Source: Ilumatobacteraceae bacterium (GTDB lineage Bacteria > Actinomycetota > Acidimicrobiia > Acidimicrobiales > Ilumatobacteraceae). Taken from it: DNA of 58,631 bases. The translations under genes were made by a program, and so were the position numbers. The notes beneath the pieces were generated by a model. The model was not told the DNA's origin and made no database searches. It worked only from the letters and a program-made list of their open reading frames with translations. The stretch spans positions 1-58,631 of the forward strand of contig JBBANY010000002.1 of assembly GCA_040401695.1 (NCBI GenBank), read 5' to 3'. Position 1 is the stretch's first letter; each line of letters starts with the position of its first letter. This document shows positions 17,560-26,804 of the stretch, piece by piece.

Positions 17560-18708
17560 TCAGCCGAAAACCTTCTTCGCGATGACCATGCGCTGGATCT
17601 GGTTCGTGCCTTCGTAGATCTGGGTGATCTTGGCATCGCGCATCATGCGCTCGACGGGGAAGTCGTTCGTGTAGCCGTAGCCGCCCAACAGTTGGACGCA
17701 GTCGGTGGTGACTTTCATCGCGACATCCGAAGCGAAGCACTTCGCCATGGCGCCGAGTGTCGACAGTTCGCCGTACGGGTCGTCGGCATCGACTGCGGCG
17801 CAGGCACGGTAGACGAGGGTGCGTGCGGCTTCGACCTGCATTTGCGCCTCGGCCACCATCCATTGCAGGCCCTGGCGCGTGGAGAGTGCCGCGCCGAAGG
17901 TCTTGCGTTCTTTCATGTAGCCGACGGCATAGTCGATGGCACCCTGCGCGATACCGACGGCCTGTGCGCCGATCGTCGGCCTGCTGCGGTCGAGTGTGTG
18001 CATCGCGATGGCGAATCCCTGACCGACGTCCCCGATCCGATTGGCGTCGGGCACCCGCAGATTGTCGAAGCGAATGACACCGGTTGGCGAGCCCTTGATT
18101 CCGAGCTTGTGTTCGATTTTGTCGACGTGCACGCCCCAGCTCGCTTCGACCAGGAATGCGGTGATTCCCTTGTGGCGATCGTCGCTCGTACGTGCGAACA
18201 CCGTGTAGAGATCGCTGATGCCCGCGTTCGTGATCCAGATCTTCGAACCATCGATGATCCAGTCGTCGCCGTCGCGCACGGCGCGCGTGGTCATCGACGC
18301 GACGTCGCTGCCGGCGTCGGCCTCGGACAAGCCGTAACTGCACTGCGACTCACCGGTACAAATTCGCGGCAGGTACTTCGACTTCAGTTCGTGGCTGCCG
18401 AAGTTGATGACGGGCAGCATGCCCAATTTCGAGATCAGGAACATGAGGCTGGTGCTGGCACAGACGCGCGCGAGTTCCTCGGCCACCATGGCCTGTGTGA
18501 CGAGCGAAGCACCGGTGCCGCCGTATTCGGCGGGGTAGGAGAGCGCCGTGAGTTCCATCTGCTGCAGTGCCTTGAATGCATCCCACGAGTACTCGCCGGT
18601 GCGGTCGGTTTCGGCAGCGAGAGGCGCGATCTTGTCTTCGGCGAACTTGCGCATGACGTCGCGAAAGGCGATCTGTTCGCCATCGAGTGAAAACAGTTGT
18701 TCGGTCAT
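17560..18708 (-). CDS. acyl-CoA dehydrogenase (short/medium-chain type)
   Basis: 382 aa. ACAD motifs are present (GLSEADAGSD, WITNAG, GGYGYTNDFPVERMMRDAKITQIYEGTNQIQ). Confidence 0.9.
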   Translation of the reverse strand: MTEQLFSLDGEQIAFRDVMRKFAEDKIAPLAAETDRTGEYSWDAFKALQQMELTALSYPAEYGGTGASLVTQAMVAEELARVCASTSLMFLISKLGMLPVINFGSHELKSKYLPRICTGESQCSYGLSEADAGSDVASMTTRAVRDGDDWIIDGSKIWITNAGISDLYTVFARTSDDRHKGITAFLVEASWGVHVDKIEHKLGIKGSPTGVIRFDNLRVPDANRIGDVGQGFAIAMHTLDRSRPTIGAQAVGIAQGAIDYAVGYMKERKTFGAALSTRQGLQWMVAEAQMQVEAARTLVYRACAAVDADDPYGELSTLGAMAKCFASDVAMKVTTDCVQLLGGYGYTNDFPVERMMRDAKITQIYEGTNQIQRMVIAKKVFG

Positions 18709-18734
18709 CTCGTTCCTTCCTTTACTTTCCGCTG

Positions 18735-19607
18735 TTACTTCTTGGCATAGTCGTAGAAGCCGCGTCCGGCCTTGCGGCCGAGAAGGCCGGCGTCGACCAT
18801 CCGCGACAGCAGCGGTGGTGCGGCGTACAGCGGTTCCTTGAATTCGGCGTACAAGCTTTCGGCGATCGCACCGATCGTGTCGAGGCCGATGAGATCGGCG
18901 AGGCGCAACGGGCCCATCGGGTGGGCGCAGCCTTCGACCATGCCGAGGTCGATGTCTTCCGCCGACGCGTAGCCCGACTCCATCATTCGCACAGCCGAGA
19001 GGATGTAGGGCACGAGCAGGGCATTCACGATGAACCCGGCACGGTCGTTCGAACGGATGACTTTCTTGTGCAGTGTTCCTTCGGCGAACTCGACGGCCCG
19101 CGAGATGGTGTCGCCCGAGGTGAGAAGCGAAGGGACAAGTTCGACCAGTTTCAACACCGGCACCGGGTTGAAGAAGTGAACGCCGACGACTTGGGACGGC
19201 CGCTGTGTGGCCATGCCGAGTTTCATCACAGGAATCGACGAGGTGTTCGTGGCGAGGATCGCGTTGTCGTCCTCGACGTATTTGTCGAGATGCGAGAAGA
19301 CCTCGGTCTTCAAGCCTTCGTCTTCGATGACGGCCTCGATGACCAATTGGCGATCCGCAAAGTCGGCGAGGTCGGTGGTGAAGCTGAGGCGTGAGAGAGC
19401 CGAGTCACGCTCGTCCTCGGTGATTTTGTTCGCCCCGAGAGCACGGTCGAGCGACGCTGTCAGGCGCTTCTGGCCCGCCTCCATCGCCGCGGGGTTGATC
19501 TCGCGGACCATCACGTCGAGGCCGGCTTTCGCGCACACCTCGGCAATACCCGAGCCCATGAGACCACAACCGACTACTCCGACTCGGGTCACCTGGCTTG
19601 CTGGCAT
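18735..19607 (-). CDS. 3-hydroxybutyryl-CoA / 3-hydroxyacyl-CoA dehydrogenase
   Basis: NAD-binding VGVVGCGLMGSGIA. HFFNPVPVMKLVE-type and DRAGFIVNALL motifs. 290 aa. Confidence 0.9.
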   Translation of the reverse strand: MPASQVTRVGVVGCGLMGSGIAEVCAKAGLDVMVREINPAAMEAGQKRLTASLDRALGANKITEDERDSALSRLSFTTDLADFADRQLVIEAVIEDEGLKTEVFSHLDKYVEDDNAILATNTSSIPVMKLGMATQRPSQVVGVHFFNPVPVLKLVELVPSLLTSGDTISRAVEFAEGTLHKKVIRSNDRAGFIVNALLVPYILSAVRMMESGYASAEDIDLGMVEGCAHPMGPLRLADLIGLDTIGAIAESLYAEFKEPLYAAPPLLSRMVDAGLLGRKAGRGFYDYAKK

Positions 19608-19653
19608 CTTCTCAACCTGTGCTTTCTCTTCGACCGTCTATCTTGCCTCACCT

Positions 19654-19667
19654 ACCGTTGGGTAACC
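19654..19667 (+). promoter_or_regulatory. ACCGTTGGGTAACC motif in the hbd/ACAD divergent promoter region (candidate operator)
   Basis: A 10-nt exact match (as reverse complement) to the core of the 11663..11684 palindrome. It is embedded in the imperfect palindrome CACCTACCGTTGGGTAACCGATGGGAGGTG. Confidence 0.35.
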
Positions 19668-19717
19668 GATGGGAGGTGCTTTCGGAGACCGTGAAACCCG
19701 TCGCCTACCCTCGGGCC

Positions 19718-20974
19718 ATGGACTTCGCGATCCCGAAGGAAATTCAGACCACACTCGACGAGCTCGATGCCTTCATCGAGCGCGAGATCAAGCCTCTCGA
19801 ACAGCAGGACGACAACATCCGCTTCTTCGACCATCGTCGCGAATGGGCGCGCACCGACTTCGACAACGGTGGCGTGCCCCGTGAGGACTGGGAAGCATTG
19901 TTGCGCGAGATGCGTCGTCGTGCAGATGCTGCGGGTTGGTTGCGGCTCGCGTTGCCGAAAGAGTACGGCGGCCGCAGCGCGACGAACCTCGAGATGGCGA
20001 TCATCCGCGAGCATCTCGCGACAAAGGGTCTCGGCCTGCACAACGACCTGCAGAACGAATCGAGCATCGTGGGCAACTTCCCGACGGTTCTCATGATGCG
20101 TGATTTCGGCACCGACGCCCAGAAAGCCGAGTGGATGCCAGGGTTCCTCGACGGTACGCGTCGCCTGGCCTTTGGCCTCACCGAACCGAACCACGGCAGC
20201 GATGCCACGTACATGGAAACCACCGCGTATCGCGATGGCGACGAATGGGTGTTGAACGGCATGAAGCGCTGGAACAGTGGCCTGCACCACGCCACGCACG
20301 ACATCATCTTCGCACGCACCAACGGCAAGCCCGGCGACCCCGTCGGCATCACTGCGTTCCTCGTGCCGACCAATTCGCCCGGCTTCAAGGTCGAGTTCTT
20401 CTGGTGGACGTTCAACATGCCGACCGATCACGCGGAAGTGAGCATGAAAGACGTGCGCGTCGGTGCCGACGCCGTCTTCGGTCGTGTCGATCACGGGTTG
20501 GAACTTGCGCAGCACTTCGTCCACGAGAACCGGATCCGCCAGGCAGCATCGTCGCTTGGCGCAGCCCAGTTCTGCATCAACGAGGCCGTGAAGTACTCGA
20601 ACACCCGCGTGACGTGGGGCAAGAAACTGTCGACGAACCAGGGGATTCAGTTCCCGCTTGTCGAACTGCACACCGAAGCCGCCATGTTGCGCCAGTTGGT
20701 GCGCTACACCGCGTGGTCACTCGACAACAAACACCACATGGAGGTCACGCACCTCGTCGCGATGTGCAACTACCGCGCCAACCGACTGGCCTGCGATGCC
20801 GCTGATCGCGCGATGCAGACCTGCGGTGGGGTCGGGTATTCGCGTCACATGCCCTTCGAGCACATCTACCGACACCACCGTCGATACCGCATCACCGAGG
20901 GCAGCGAGGAAATCCAGATGCGCAAGGTCGGCAGCCAACTCTTCGGCTTCGGCGCGTCGGCCGACCGTCGTTAG
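19718..20974 (+). CDS. acyl-CoA dehydrogenase family protein
   Basis: ATG at 19718 (MDFAIPKEIQTTLDELDAFIEREIKPLE...) is a typical ACAD N-terminus. Later motifs include FGLTEPNHGSDA and GGVGYSRHMPFEHIYRHHRRYRITEGSEEIQ. Confidence 0.85.
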   Translation: MDFAIPKEIQTTLDELDAFIEREIKPLEQQDDNIRFFDHRREWARTDFDNGGVPREDWEALLREMRRRADAAGWLRLALPKEYGGRSATNLEMAIIREHLATKGLGLHNDLQNESSIVGNFPTVLMMRDFGTDAQKAEWMPGFLDGTRRLAFGLTEPNHGSDATYMETTAYRDGDEWVLNGMKRWNSGLHHATHDIIFARTNGKPGDPVGITAFLVPTNSPGFKVEFFWWTFNMPTDHAEVSMKDVRVGADAVFGRVDHGLELAQHFVHENRIRQAASSLGAAQFCINEAVKYSNTRVTWGKKLSTNQGIQFPLVELHTEAAMLRQLVRYTAWSLDNKHHMEVTHLVAMCNYRANRLACDAADRAMQTCGGVGYSRHMPFEHIYRHHRRYRITEGSEEIQMRKVGSQLFGFGASADRR

Positions 20975-21014
20975 GTTTCTTCCGCCGGGAGGTTGTCGGC
21001 GGGTGTTTGGTATG

Positions 21015-21030
21015 CCTAACATAAGTTAGG
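21015..21030. promoter_or_regulatory. AT-rich palindrome CCTAAC-ATAA-GTTAGG upstream of the iron permease gene (candidate operator)
   Basis: Perfect 6-bp inverted repeat with a 4-nt spacer in an AT-rich patch, 34 nt upstream of the GTG start at 21064. Confidence 0.35.
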
Positions 21031-21063
21031 TAGTCCTTACACCCCAAGTCTCTGGAGGTCCCC

Positions 21064-21912
21064 GTGGGAGCGAGCTTCCTCATCACACTGCGCGAAGGCC
21101 TGGAAATCGCGCTGGTTCTTGCGATTCTCGTCGCGTATCTCGCCAAGAGCGGTCGGCGTTCCGAGATCGCAACCGTGTGGAAGGGCGCCGGACTGGCGGC
21201 CCTGTTGTGCCTCGTTGGTGGCATTGCCTTCCATGTCTTCGTCGGTGAGTTCGAGGGCAAGCCCGAACAGTTCATCGAAGGCACGATCGCCCTGGTGGCC
21301 GCGGGTGTTCTCACGTGGATGATCTTCTGGATGCGTCGCCACTCCCGCGGTCTTGGCGCCGAGTTGCGTGCGCAGGTCGACTCGGCAACGACCGACCGCG
21401 CGCTCGCGACCATCGCGTTCGTCGCCGTCGTGCGTGAAGGACTCGAGACCGTTCTGTTTCTCATTTCGGCCGAGACGGCGTCGTCGGGCGGTTCGTACGT
21501 CGTTGCGGGCGGCCTGCTCGGGCTCGTGGTTGCCGCGGTGCTCGGTCGCCTCGCGTACGTGGGCGGCAACCGGGTGAACCTGCGCGTCTTTTTCAACGTC
21601 ACGGGCGTGTTGTTGATTCTCTTCGCAGCGGGGCTGTTCGGCAAGTTCTTCCACGAATATCGCGAACTCCTCGGTTTCGAATCCGGTTGGTTGGTCGAGC
21701 CGACGTGGAGCATCGCCACGGGTGCGTGGGCATCGGGCACCTTCTATGACTTCATGAAGGGCCTCTTTGGCTGGCACAACGAGGCCGAGCACGTGCGTGT
21801 CATCGCATATTTCGCCTATCTGATCCCCATTGGCTGGGCGTTTTTGCACGGTGGTCGCGATGGAACGACGACGAAGACCGCCGTCGACGAAAACGCGCCG
21901 AGCCACGCCTGA
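21064..21912 (+). CDS. efeU: FTR1/EfeU-family high-affinity iron permease
   Basis: Two REGLE motifs (ITLREGLEIALV and VVREGLETVLFL) in a seven-TM-like hydrophobic protein. GTG start. Confidence 0.85.
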   Translation: MGASFLITLREGLEIALVLAILVAYLAKSGRRSEIATVWKGAGLAALLCLVGGIAFHVFVGEFEGKPEQFIEGTIALVAAGVLTWMIFWMRRHSRGLGAELRAQVDSATTDRALATIAFVAVVREGLETVLFLISAETASSGGSYVVAGGLLGLVVAAVLGRLAYVGGNRVNLRVFFNVTGVLLILFAAGLFGKFFHEYRELLGFESGWLVEPTWSIATGAWASGTFYDFMKGLFGWHNEAEHVRVIAYFAYLIPIGWAFLHGGRDGTTTKTAVDENAPSHA

Positions 21913-21940
21913 AATCGGGTGGGGCGAATAGCCTTGCCGC

Positions 21941-23647
21941 ATGTCTCCGACTCCTGACGGCACACCAGTCGACATCAAACCGCGCAGCCGCGACGTCACC
22001 GACGGCCCACAGAAGGCGCCCGCGCGAGCGATGCTCCGCGCGGTCGGTCTCGGCGACGGTGACTGGGACAAACCTCAGATCGGCATCGCGTCCGCGTGGA
22101 ACGAGGTCACGCCCTGCAACATGACGCTGCGCAAGTTGGCGCAGTTCGCCAAGATCGGTGTTCAGCAGGCGGGTGGCATCGGCCTCGAGTTCGGCACCAT
22201 CACCGTCAGCGACGGCATCTCGATGGGCCACGAGGGAATGCGCGCATCGTTGGTCAGCCGCGAGGTCATCACCGACTCGGTCGAGACCGTGGTGCACGCC
22301 GAGCGTTTCGACGGTTTCGTTGGCCTCGCCGGTTGCGACAAGAGCATTCCGTCGATGCTGATGGCCGCTGCCCGCCTGAATTTGCCGTCGGTGTTCGTCT
22401 ACAACGGGTCGATCATGCCCGGCCAGTTGCGCGGCAAGGCGCTCGACATCACGAGTGTCTTCGAAGCAGTCGGCGCGCACGCGCTCGGCACGATCGACGA
22501 TGCCGAACTGAAGGCGATCGAAGAGCACGCATGTCCGGGCGAAGGAGCCTGTGGCGGCATGTTCACCGCGAACACGATGTCCTCGATCGCCGAGGCGTTG
22601 GGCATGAGCCTGCTCGGTACCGCCTCGCCGCCCGCCATCGACCCACGTCGCGAAGACGATGCTCGCCGTGCCGGTGAGACGGTCGTCAACATGCTGCGAC
22701 TGGGCTTGCGCCCGCGCGACATCATGACGAAGAAGGCGTTCGAAAACGCGATCGCAATCACCAACGCTCTCGGCGGTAGCACGAATGCGGTGCTGCACCT
22801 GCTCGCCATCGCCCACGAGGCGGGCGTCGAGTTGAGCCTCGACGACTTCAACCGCATCGCTGCAAAAGTGCCCCACTTCGCCGACCTGAAGCCCGGCGGC
22901 AAGTACCACATGTCCGACGTCGATCGCATCGGTGGCGTTCCGGTGGTGCTGAAGGCACTGCTCGACGCGGGCCTGTTGCATGGCGACGTCATGACAGTGA
23001 ACGGCAAGACAATGGCTGAGAACCTCGCCGAGATCAATCCGCCGGCGCCGGACGGCGACGTGATTCACCCCGTCTCTCAGCCGATCCACTCCGAAGGCGG
23101 AATCAACATCCTCACCGGTTCACTTGCGCCGAAGGGCTCGGTCGTCAAGGTTGCTGGCCTCACCCACGATCAGATGCATTTCGAGGGAACCGCGCGTGTC
23201 TTCGACGGTGAGGACGGTGCGATGGCCGAGATTCTCGCGGGGAAGATCAAGCCCGGCGACGTGTTGGTCATTCGCTACGAAGGCCCGAAGGGTGGACCGG
23301 GAATGCGCGAGATGCTCGCGATCACCGGCGCACTAAAGGGCGCGGGTCGCGGTGCCGACTGTGCGTTGATCACCGACGGCCGCTTCAGCGGCGGCACGTG
23401 GGGTTTTTGCATCGGCCACGTTGCGCCCGAAGCCGTCGACGGTGGCCCGATCGCATTCGTGCGTGACGGCGATCGGATTCTCATCGACGTTCACGAGAAG
23501 CGTCTCGACCTGTTGGTGAGCGACGAGGAAATGGCAAAGCGCAAGGTCGGCTGGAAGCCGAACCCGCCGCGCTACACGATGGGCGTGCTCGGCAAGTACG
23601 CCAAGCTCGTGCAGGGTGCCGAGACCGGCGCCATCACCAACTTCTAG
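21941..23647 (+). CDS. ilvD: dihydroxy-acid dehydratase
   Basis: 568 aa with hallmark IlvD sequences ([78 protein letters not shown]). Confidence 0.95.
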   Translation: MSPTPDGTPVDIKPRSRDVTDGPQKAPARAMLRAVGLGDGDWDKPQIGIASAWNEVTPCNMTLRKLAQFAKIGVQQAGGIGLEFGTITVSDGISMGHEGMRASLVSREVITDSVETVVHAERFDGFVGLAGCDKSIPSMLMAAARLNLPSVFVYNGSIMPGQLRGKALDITSVFEAVGAHALGTIDDAELKAIEEHACPGEGACGGMFTANTMSSIAEALGMSLLGTASPPAIDPRREDDARRAGETVVNMLRLGLRPRDIMTKKAFENAIAITNALGGSTNAVLHLLAIAHEAGVELSLDDFNRIAAKVPHFADLKPGGKYHMSDVDRIGGVPVVLKALLDAGLLHGDVMTVNGKTMAENLAEINPPAPDGDVIHPVSQPIHSEGGINILTGSLAPKGSVVKVAGLTHDQMHFEGTARVFDGEDGAMAEILAGKIKPGDVLVIRYEGPKGGPGMREMLAITGALKGAGRGADCALITDGRFSGGTWGFCIGHVAPEAVDGGPIAFVRDGDRILIDVHEKRLDLLVSDEEMAKRKVGWKPNPPRYTMGVLGKYAKLVQGAETGAITNF

Positions 23648-23703
23648 CCCAAGGGTTCTCGGTGCGTAGCTACTCGCTTTTCGCGACGTCGTGCACCGGG
23701 AAG
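23648..23703. repeat. palindromic intergenic repeat, copy A (GGGTTCTCGGTG...CACCGGGAAG)
   Basis: It fills exactly the 56-nt gap between the convergent ilvD and phnZ-like stop codons. The first 19 nt (CCCAAGGGTTCTCGGTGCG) are identical to copy B. The interior CGCTTTTCGCGAC is the reverse complement of copy C's interior. Confidence 0.6.
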
Positions 23704-24255
23704 TCAACCGATGTTGATGAGTTGCTCCATCATCGGGATGTAGGACAAAAATGGCGCGACCTCGAGTTCACGCACCTTGGATTCGTCGTCCCAACGTCGC
23801 AGCGCGACTGCGGAGGCGAAGTGCGGCATGCGCTCGAAACGGGTGGCTTCGTCGCTAGGCATCGGGCCACCCTGGATACGAAGGCTCGCCACTGAAGCAG
23901 GAGAGAGAACGTCGAAATACCCGCTCTCAACCGCGCACAGGTACCGTTTCGCGGCAACATGCAAGGCAATCGGCGCCGCAACGCGTGGGCCGAAGAGCTG
24001 CGCAATCCACCGTGCGCCCGTGGCCTCGTGTTCGTCGTCCGTATCGAGTTGAGATTGCCCGCCGGTGTTCTCGAGCACAAGAAGATGACCCACGTCGTGC
24101 AACAGAGCGGCAACGACGAGGTGGTCGTCGGAACCGGCCTTCCGCGCGAGAGCGGCGCACTGTTCCGCGTGGGCGACTTGGGAGACCGACTCGCTGTACG
24201 TGTCACCGCCCCACGTATCGAAGAGATTGATGATGTCGGAAATCGAGAGCGTCAC
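23704..24255 (-). CDS. phnZ: HD-domain phosphohydrolase-superfamily protein, PhnZ-like (oxidative C-P bond cleavage) candidate
   Basis: 184 aa with the HD motif (AALLHDVGHL). GTG at 24255 overlaps the stop of the upstream dioxygenase (GTGA). It is paired with a PhyH-type dioxygenase and a phosphonate-type ABC importer. Confidence 0.7.
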   Translation of the reverse strand: MTLSISDIINLFDTWGGDTYSESVSQVAHAEQCAALARKAGSDDHLVVAALLHDVGHLLVLENTGGQSQLDTDDEHEATGARWIAQLFGPRVAAPIALHVAAKRYLCAVESGYFDVLSPASVASLRIQGGPMPSDEATRFERMPHFASAVALRRWDDESKVRELEVAPFLSYIPMMEQLINIG

Positions 24256-25013
24256 GTGACGGGCCTTCCTTGGAAATCCCCGATGAGGGAGAGTTGAACT
24301 GTTGAACCTTGTTTCTTCGATGCGGCCAACTCGCTGGCCTTCTGCTCGTAGTAGCGATCTCGGAGATCGCCCTCGCTCAGCGCGTTGTAGGTGGGATAGA
24401 GCGCGCGGCGATCGTGGCCCGACAGATTTGGGCCGCTGCGGTGCGGCGTTCGTGAATGGAACCACAGCACTTGGCCTGCATCCAGTTCGGCTGGCTCCCA
24501 CGTGAAACTTTCCGCGAGTTCACTACGGATGCAACCGACATCGTCCATCGGAAGAATTTCGGCGTACATACCCGAGACAACTTCGAGGCAGCCGTTTAGC
24601 GTCGTCGACGGATCAACTGCAACCATGCAGCTGATGTGAGTATCGACGAAGCGGTACGCGGGGGCATCTTGATGGGGGGCGAAACCGGCACCGCCAGTCA
24701 ATTTGTAATTGATCTTCTCCTTGTAGAGAACTGCAGGCTCGCCGAGAAGATCCGCCGCAGCTGCGACGAGGCGCCCGACTCTCAGGAGCTGATACATACC
24801 CGCGTGGTAGGGAGTGAAATTTTCTGTGCGACAGATCTTTGGGCCGAAGTCAGTCATCTCTCGGTAGTTCAGCCACGGGCCGTCGTCGGGCCAGGTCGCG
24901 ATATCCGTGACCCATCGCTGGAGCTCGCGCACGGTCGTGTCGTCGAGCAGGTCCGTGACGACCCATCCGAGGCGCCGGAAGGTGTCGACGTGGTGCTCAG
25001 ACAGGACGTTCAT
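24252..25013 (-). CDS. phnY: phytanoyl-CoA dioxygenase (PhyH) family Fe(II)/2-oxoglutarate dioxygenase, PhnY-like candidate
   Basis: GFAPHQDAP (HxD) and a distal SRTPHRSGPN His, typical of PhyH-family enzymes. ATG at 25013 is preceded by GGAGAGGG; the track start at 25028 is a TTG. Confidence 0.7.
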   Translation of the reverse strand: MNVLSEHHVDTFRRLGWVVTDLLDDTTVRELQRWVTDIATWPDDGPWLNYREMTDFGPKICRTENFTPYHAGMYQLLRVGRLVAAAADLLGEPAVLYKEKINYKLTGGAGFAPHQDAPAYRFVDTHISCMVAVDPSTTLNGCLEVVSGMYAEILPMDDVGCIRSELAESFTWEPAELDAGQVLWFHSRTPHRSGPNLSGHDRRALYPTYNALSEGDLRDRYYEQKASELAASKKQGSTVQLSLIGDFQGRPVT

Positions 25014-25971
25014 GTTTGCCCTCTCCAATCTTCACTTTCACCCGAGTCCCTGCCGCCATGCCTGAACCGGGTGTGTGCTTGGCAACCGCAGTGACAACCT
25101 GTCCATCGTCGAGCCGCACCTGATAACGCATGAACGAGCCATGGAACGACACTGCGGCTATTTCGCCCCCTGTGTCCGCGGTGTGGCTGTTGTCCAAGAT
25201 CACCTGTTCGGGGCGAACGACGAGATCCACCCCGCCAACGTGGATACGGTTGAGTTCACCAACAAAGTCCGCCACGAATGATGACTTTGGGTGGTCATAG
25301 ATCTCGGTTGGTGATCCGACCTGTTCGACGATTCCTTTGTTCATCACGCAAATCCGGTCCGAAATCCCGAGCGCTTCCTCTTGGTCGTGAGTAACAAAGA
25401 TGGTCGTGGTGCCGAGACGAGTCGTCAATGTCCTGATTTCGTCACGTACCTCTGCGCGAACCTTGGCGTCGAGGGCACTCAAGGGCTCGTCGAGGAGCAA
25501 TACATCCGGTTGTGTTGCCAAGGCACGGGCAAGGGCAACACGTTGCTGCTGGCCGCCTGAAAGTTGGTGGGGTAACCGATCCGTCAGGCCCTCCATTCTC
25601 ACCAGTTCGAGCATCTGCAGCCCGCGCACGCGTCGTTCATTTGGAGCAACGCGTTGCATTCTCAGCCCGAACGTGACGTTGTCGATGACCGACAAGTGTG
25701 GAAAAAGACTGTAGCTCTGGAAGACCATTCCCATCTGACGAAGGTGCGGAGGTTGATTCGTGATGTCGACCGCGCCGACGCGTACCCGCCCCGTGTCTGG
25801 CCGTTCGAACCCGGCAGCGATTCGAAGCGCGGTAGTTTTGCCGCAGCCGCTTGGACCAAGAAGCGTGAGTAATTCGCCCGATCTGACCGTGAGCGAGAAG
25901 TGCTCAAGTGCAACAGTGGCGCCGAAGGTCTTGGTGACCAACTCGAAGCACATGTCCTTCGATTGACTCAT
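24997..25971 (-). CDS. ABC transporter ATP-binding protein (PotA/Fe3+/2-aminoethylphosphonate-type importer)
   Basis: GPSGCGKTT Walker [15 protein letters not shown] signature and [11 protein letters not shown] Walker B, with a C-terminal TOBE-like tail. 324 aa. Confidence 0.9.
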   Translation of the reverse strand: MSQSKDMCFELVTKTFGATVALEHFSLTVRSGELLTLLGPSGCGKTTALRIAAGFERPDTGRVRVGAVDITNQPPHLRQMGMVFQSYSLFPHLSVIDNVTFGLRMQRVAPNERRVRGLQMLELVRMEGLTDRLPHQLSGGQQQRVALARALATQPDVLLLDEPLSALDAKVRAEVRDEIRTLTTRLGTTTIFVTHDQEEALGISDRICVMNKGIVEQVGSPTEIYDHPKSSFVADFVGELNRIHVGGVDLVVRPEQVILDNSHTADTGGEIAAVSFHGSFMRYQVRLDDGQVVTAVAKHTPGSGMAAGTRVKVKIGEGKHERPV

Positions 25972-26804
25972 GGCATCGCTCCAATTCTGAAGGTGTTTCT
26001 TTCCGCTCCTCGGCGCCGTAGGCGAATAGCCCCGAAGAAGAGGAGTGTCGTCAAGGCCAGGAGAAGGACGGCCAATCCAAGTGCACCCTGGGGATTTCTC
26101 CCTTGTGAGTACGACATGTAGAGCGGCAGCGTGGGCTTGAGCAAAAGCGAGGCGATCGTGAACTCGCCGAGCACCACGGTGATCGTGAGGAAGACAGTGC
26201 CCGATAGTGCGCTGCTGATGTTGGGAACGACTACGCGCAGGAGTGTCGTGGTCAGCGATGCCCCAAGAGAACGGGAGGCTTCGATGAGGGTCTTCAGGTC
26301 AATCGATCTCAATCCTGTATCGAGCGAACGAAATGTGAATGGCATTGCCAGCACGGCGTAGAAGGGAACGAGGCAGTAGTCGCTACGGAGGAACCACGGT
26401 GCAAGATCGCGGAATGCGCCACCTGCGCCCACTACCAAAGCGATCGGTGGCACGACATAGGGAAGGAGCGTTGCGGTTTCGACCATCGAGCGAAGGCGCG
26501 GTGCTTGGACGTTCACCCACAGAGCTGTCGGGAGCATGACGAGGAGAGTGAGGGCGACTGTCAGAACCGAAATCCGCAGGCTCAACCAGAGTGCAGGTCG
26601 AAAGTCCGGATCGCGGAACATATCGACGAGGCCATCGAGTGTCCAGCGATCAAAGAGCGTGTTGCGTCCGAGAAGTGCGACCGGCACTCGTTGGAAAGCG
26701 AATCGAGCCATCGCCAACATGGGGAGGACGAAGAAGATTGCTGCAAGAGTGATGACAACCCATGCCCAGAGAGGTGTCTTGGGTCGATTGGTCAACGTTG
26801 CCAT
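25968..26804 (-). CDS. ABC transporter permease (binding-protein-dependent transport inner membrane component)
   Basis: Hydrophobic 278-aa protein with an EAA-like loop (LIEASRSLGASLTTTLLRVVVP). The start overlaps the upstream gene and the stop overlaps the ATPase start. Confidence 0.85.
   Translation of the reverse strand: MATLTNRPKTPLWAWVVITLAAIFFVLPMLAMARFAFQRVPVALLGRNTLFDRWTLDGLVDMFRDPDFRPALWLSLRISVLTVALTLLVMLPTALWVNVQAPRLRSMVETATLLPYVVPPIALVVGAGGAFRDLAPWFLRSDYCLVPFYAVLAMPFTFRSLDTGLRSIDLKTLIEASRSLGASLTTTLLRVVVPNISSALSGTVFLTITVVLGEFTIASLLLKPTLPLYMSYSQGRNPQGALGLAVLLLALTTLLFFGAIRLRRRGAERNTFRIGAMP

Noticed and set aside
16433-18343. 636-aa ORF in the track, which would be the largest protein of the acyl-CoA cluster
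   Set aside because: Only its C-terminal 370 codons or so read like a real protein (CoA-transferase family). The N-terminal 270 codons are Arg/His/Gly-rich and lie out of frame over the well-supported acyl-CoA dehydrogenase gene (17560..18708). This is an open-frame artefact of GC-rich DNA.
21011-21049. IdeR/DtxR iron box upstream of efeU
   Set aside because: The best alignment of TTAGGTAGTCCTTACACCC to the 19-bp consensus TTAGGTTAGGCTAACCTAA gives only about 10/19 matches. The clear palindrome has its half-sites in the everted order (CCTAAC...GTTAGG). It is reported only as a generic candidate operator.
21800-23089. 429-aa minus-strand ORF
   Set aside because: It is antisense to ilvD, whose identity is unambiguous. 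The composition is Arg/Val/Asp-rich and no motifs are present.
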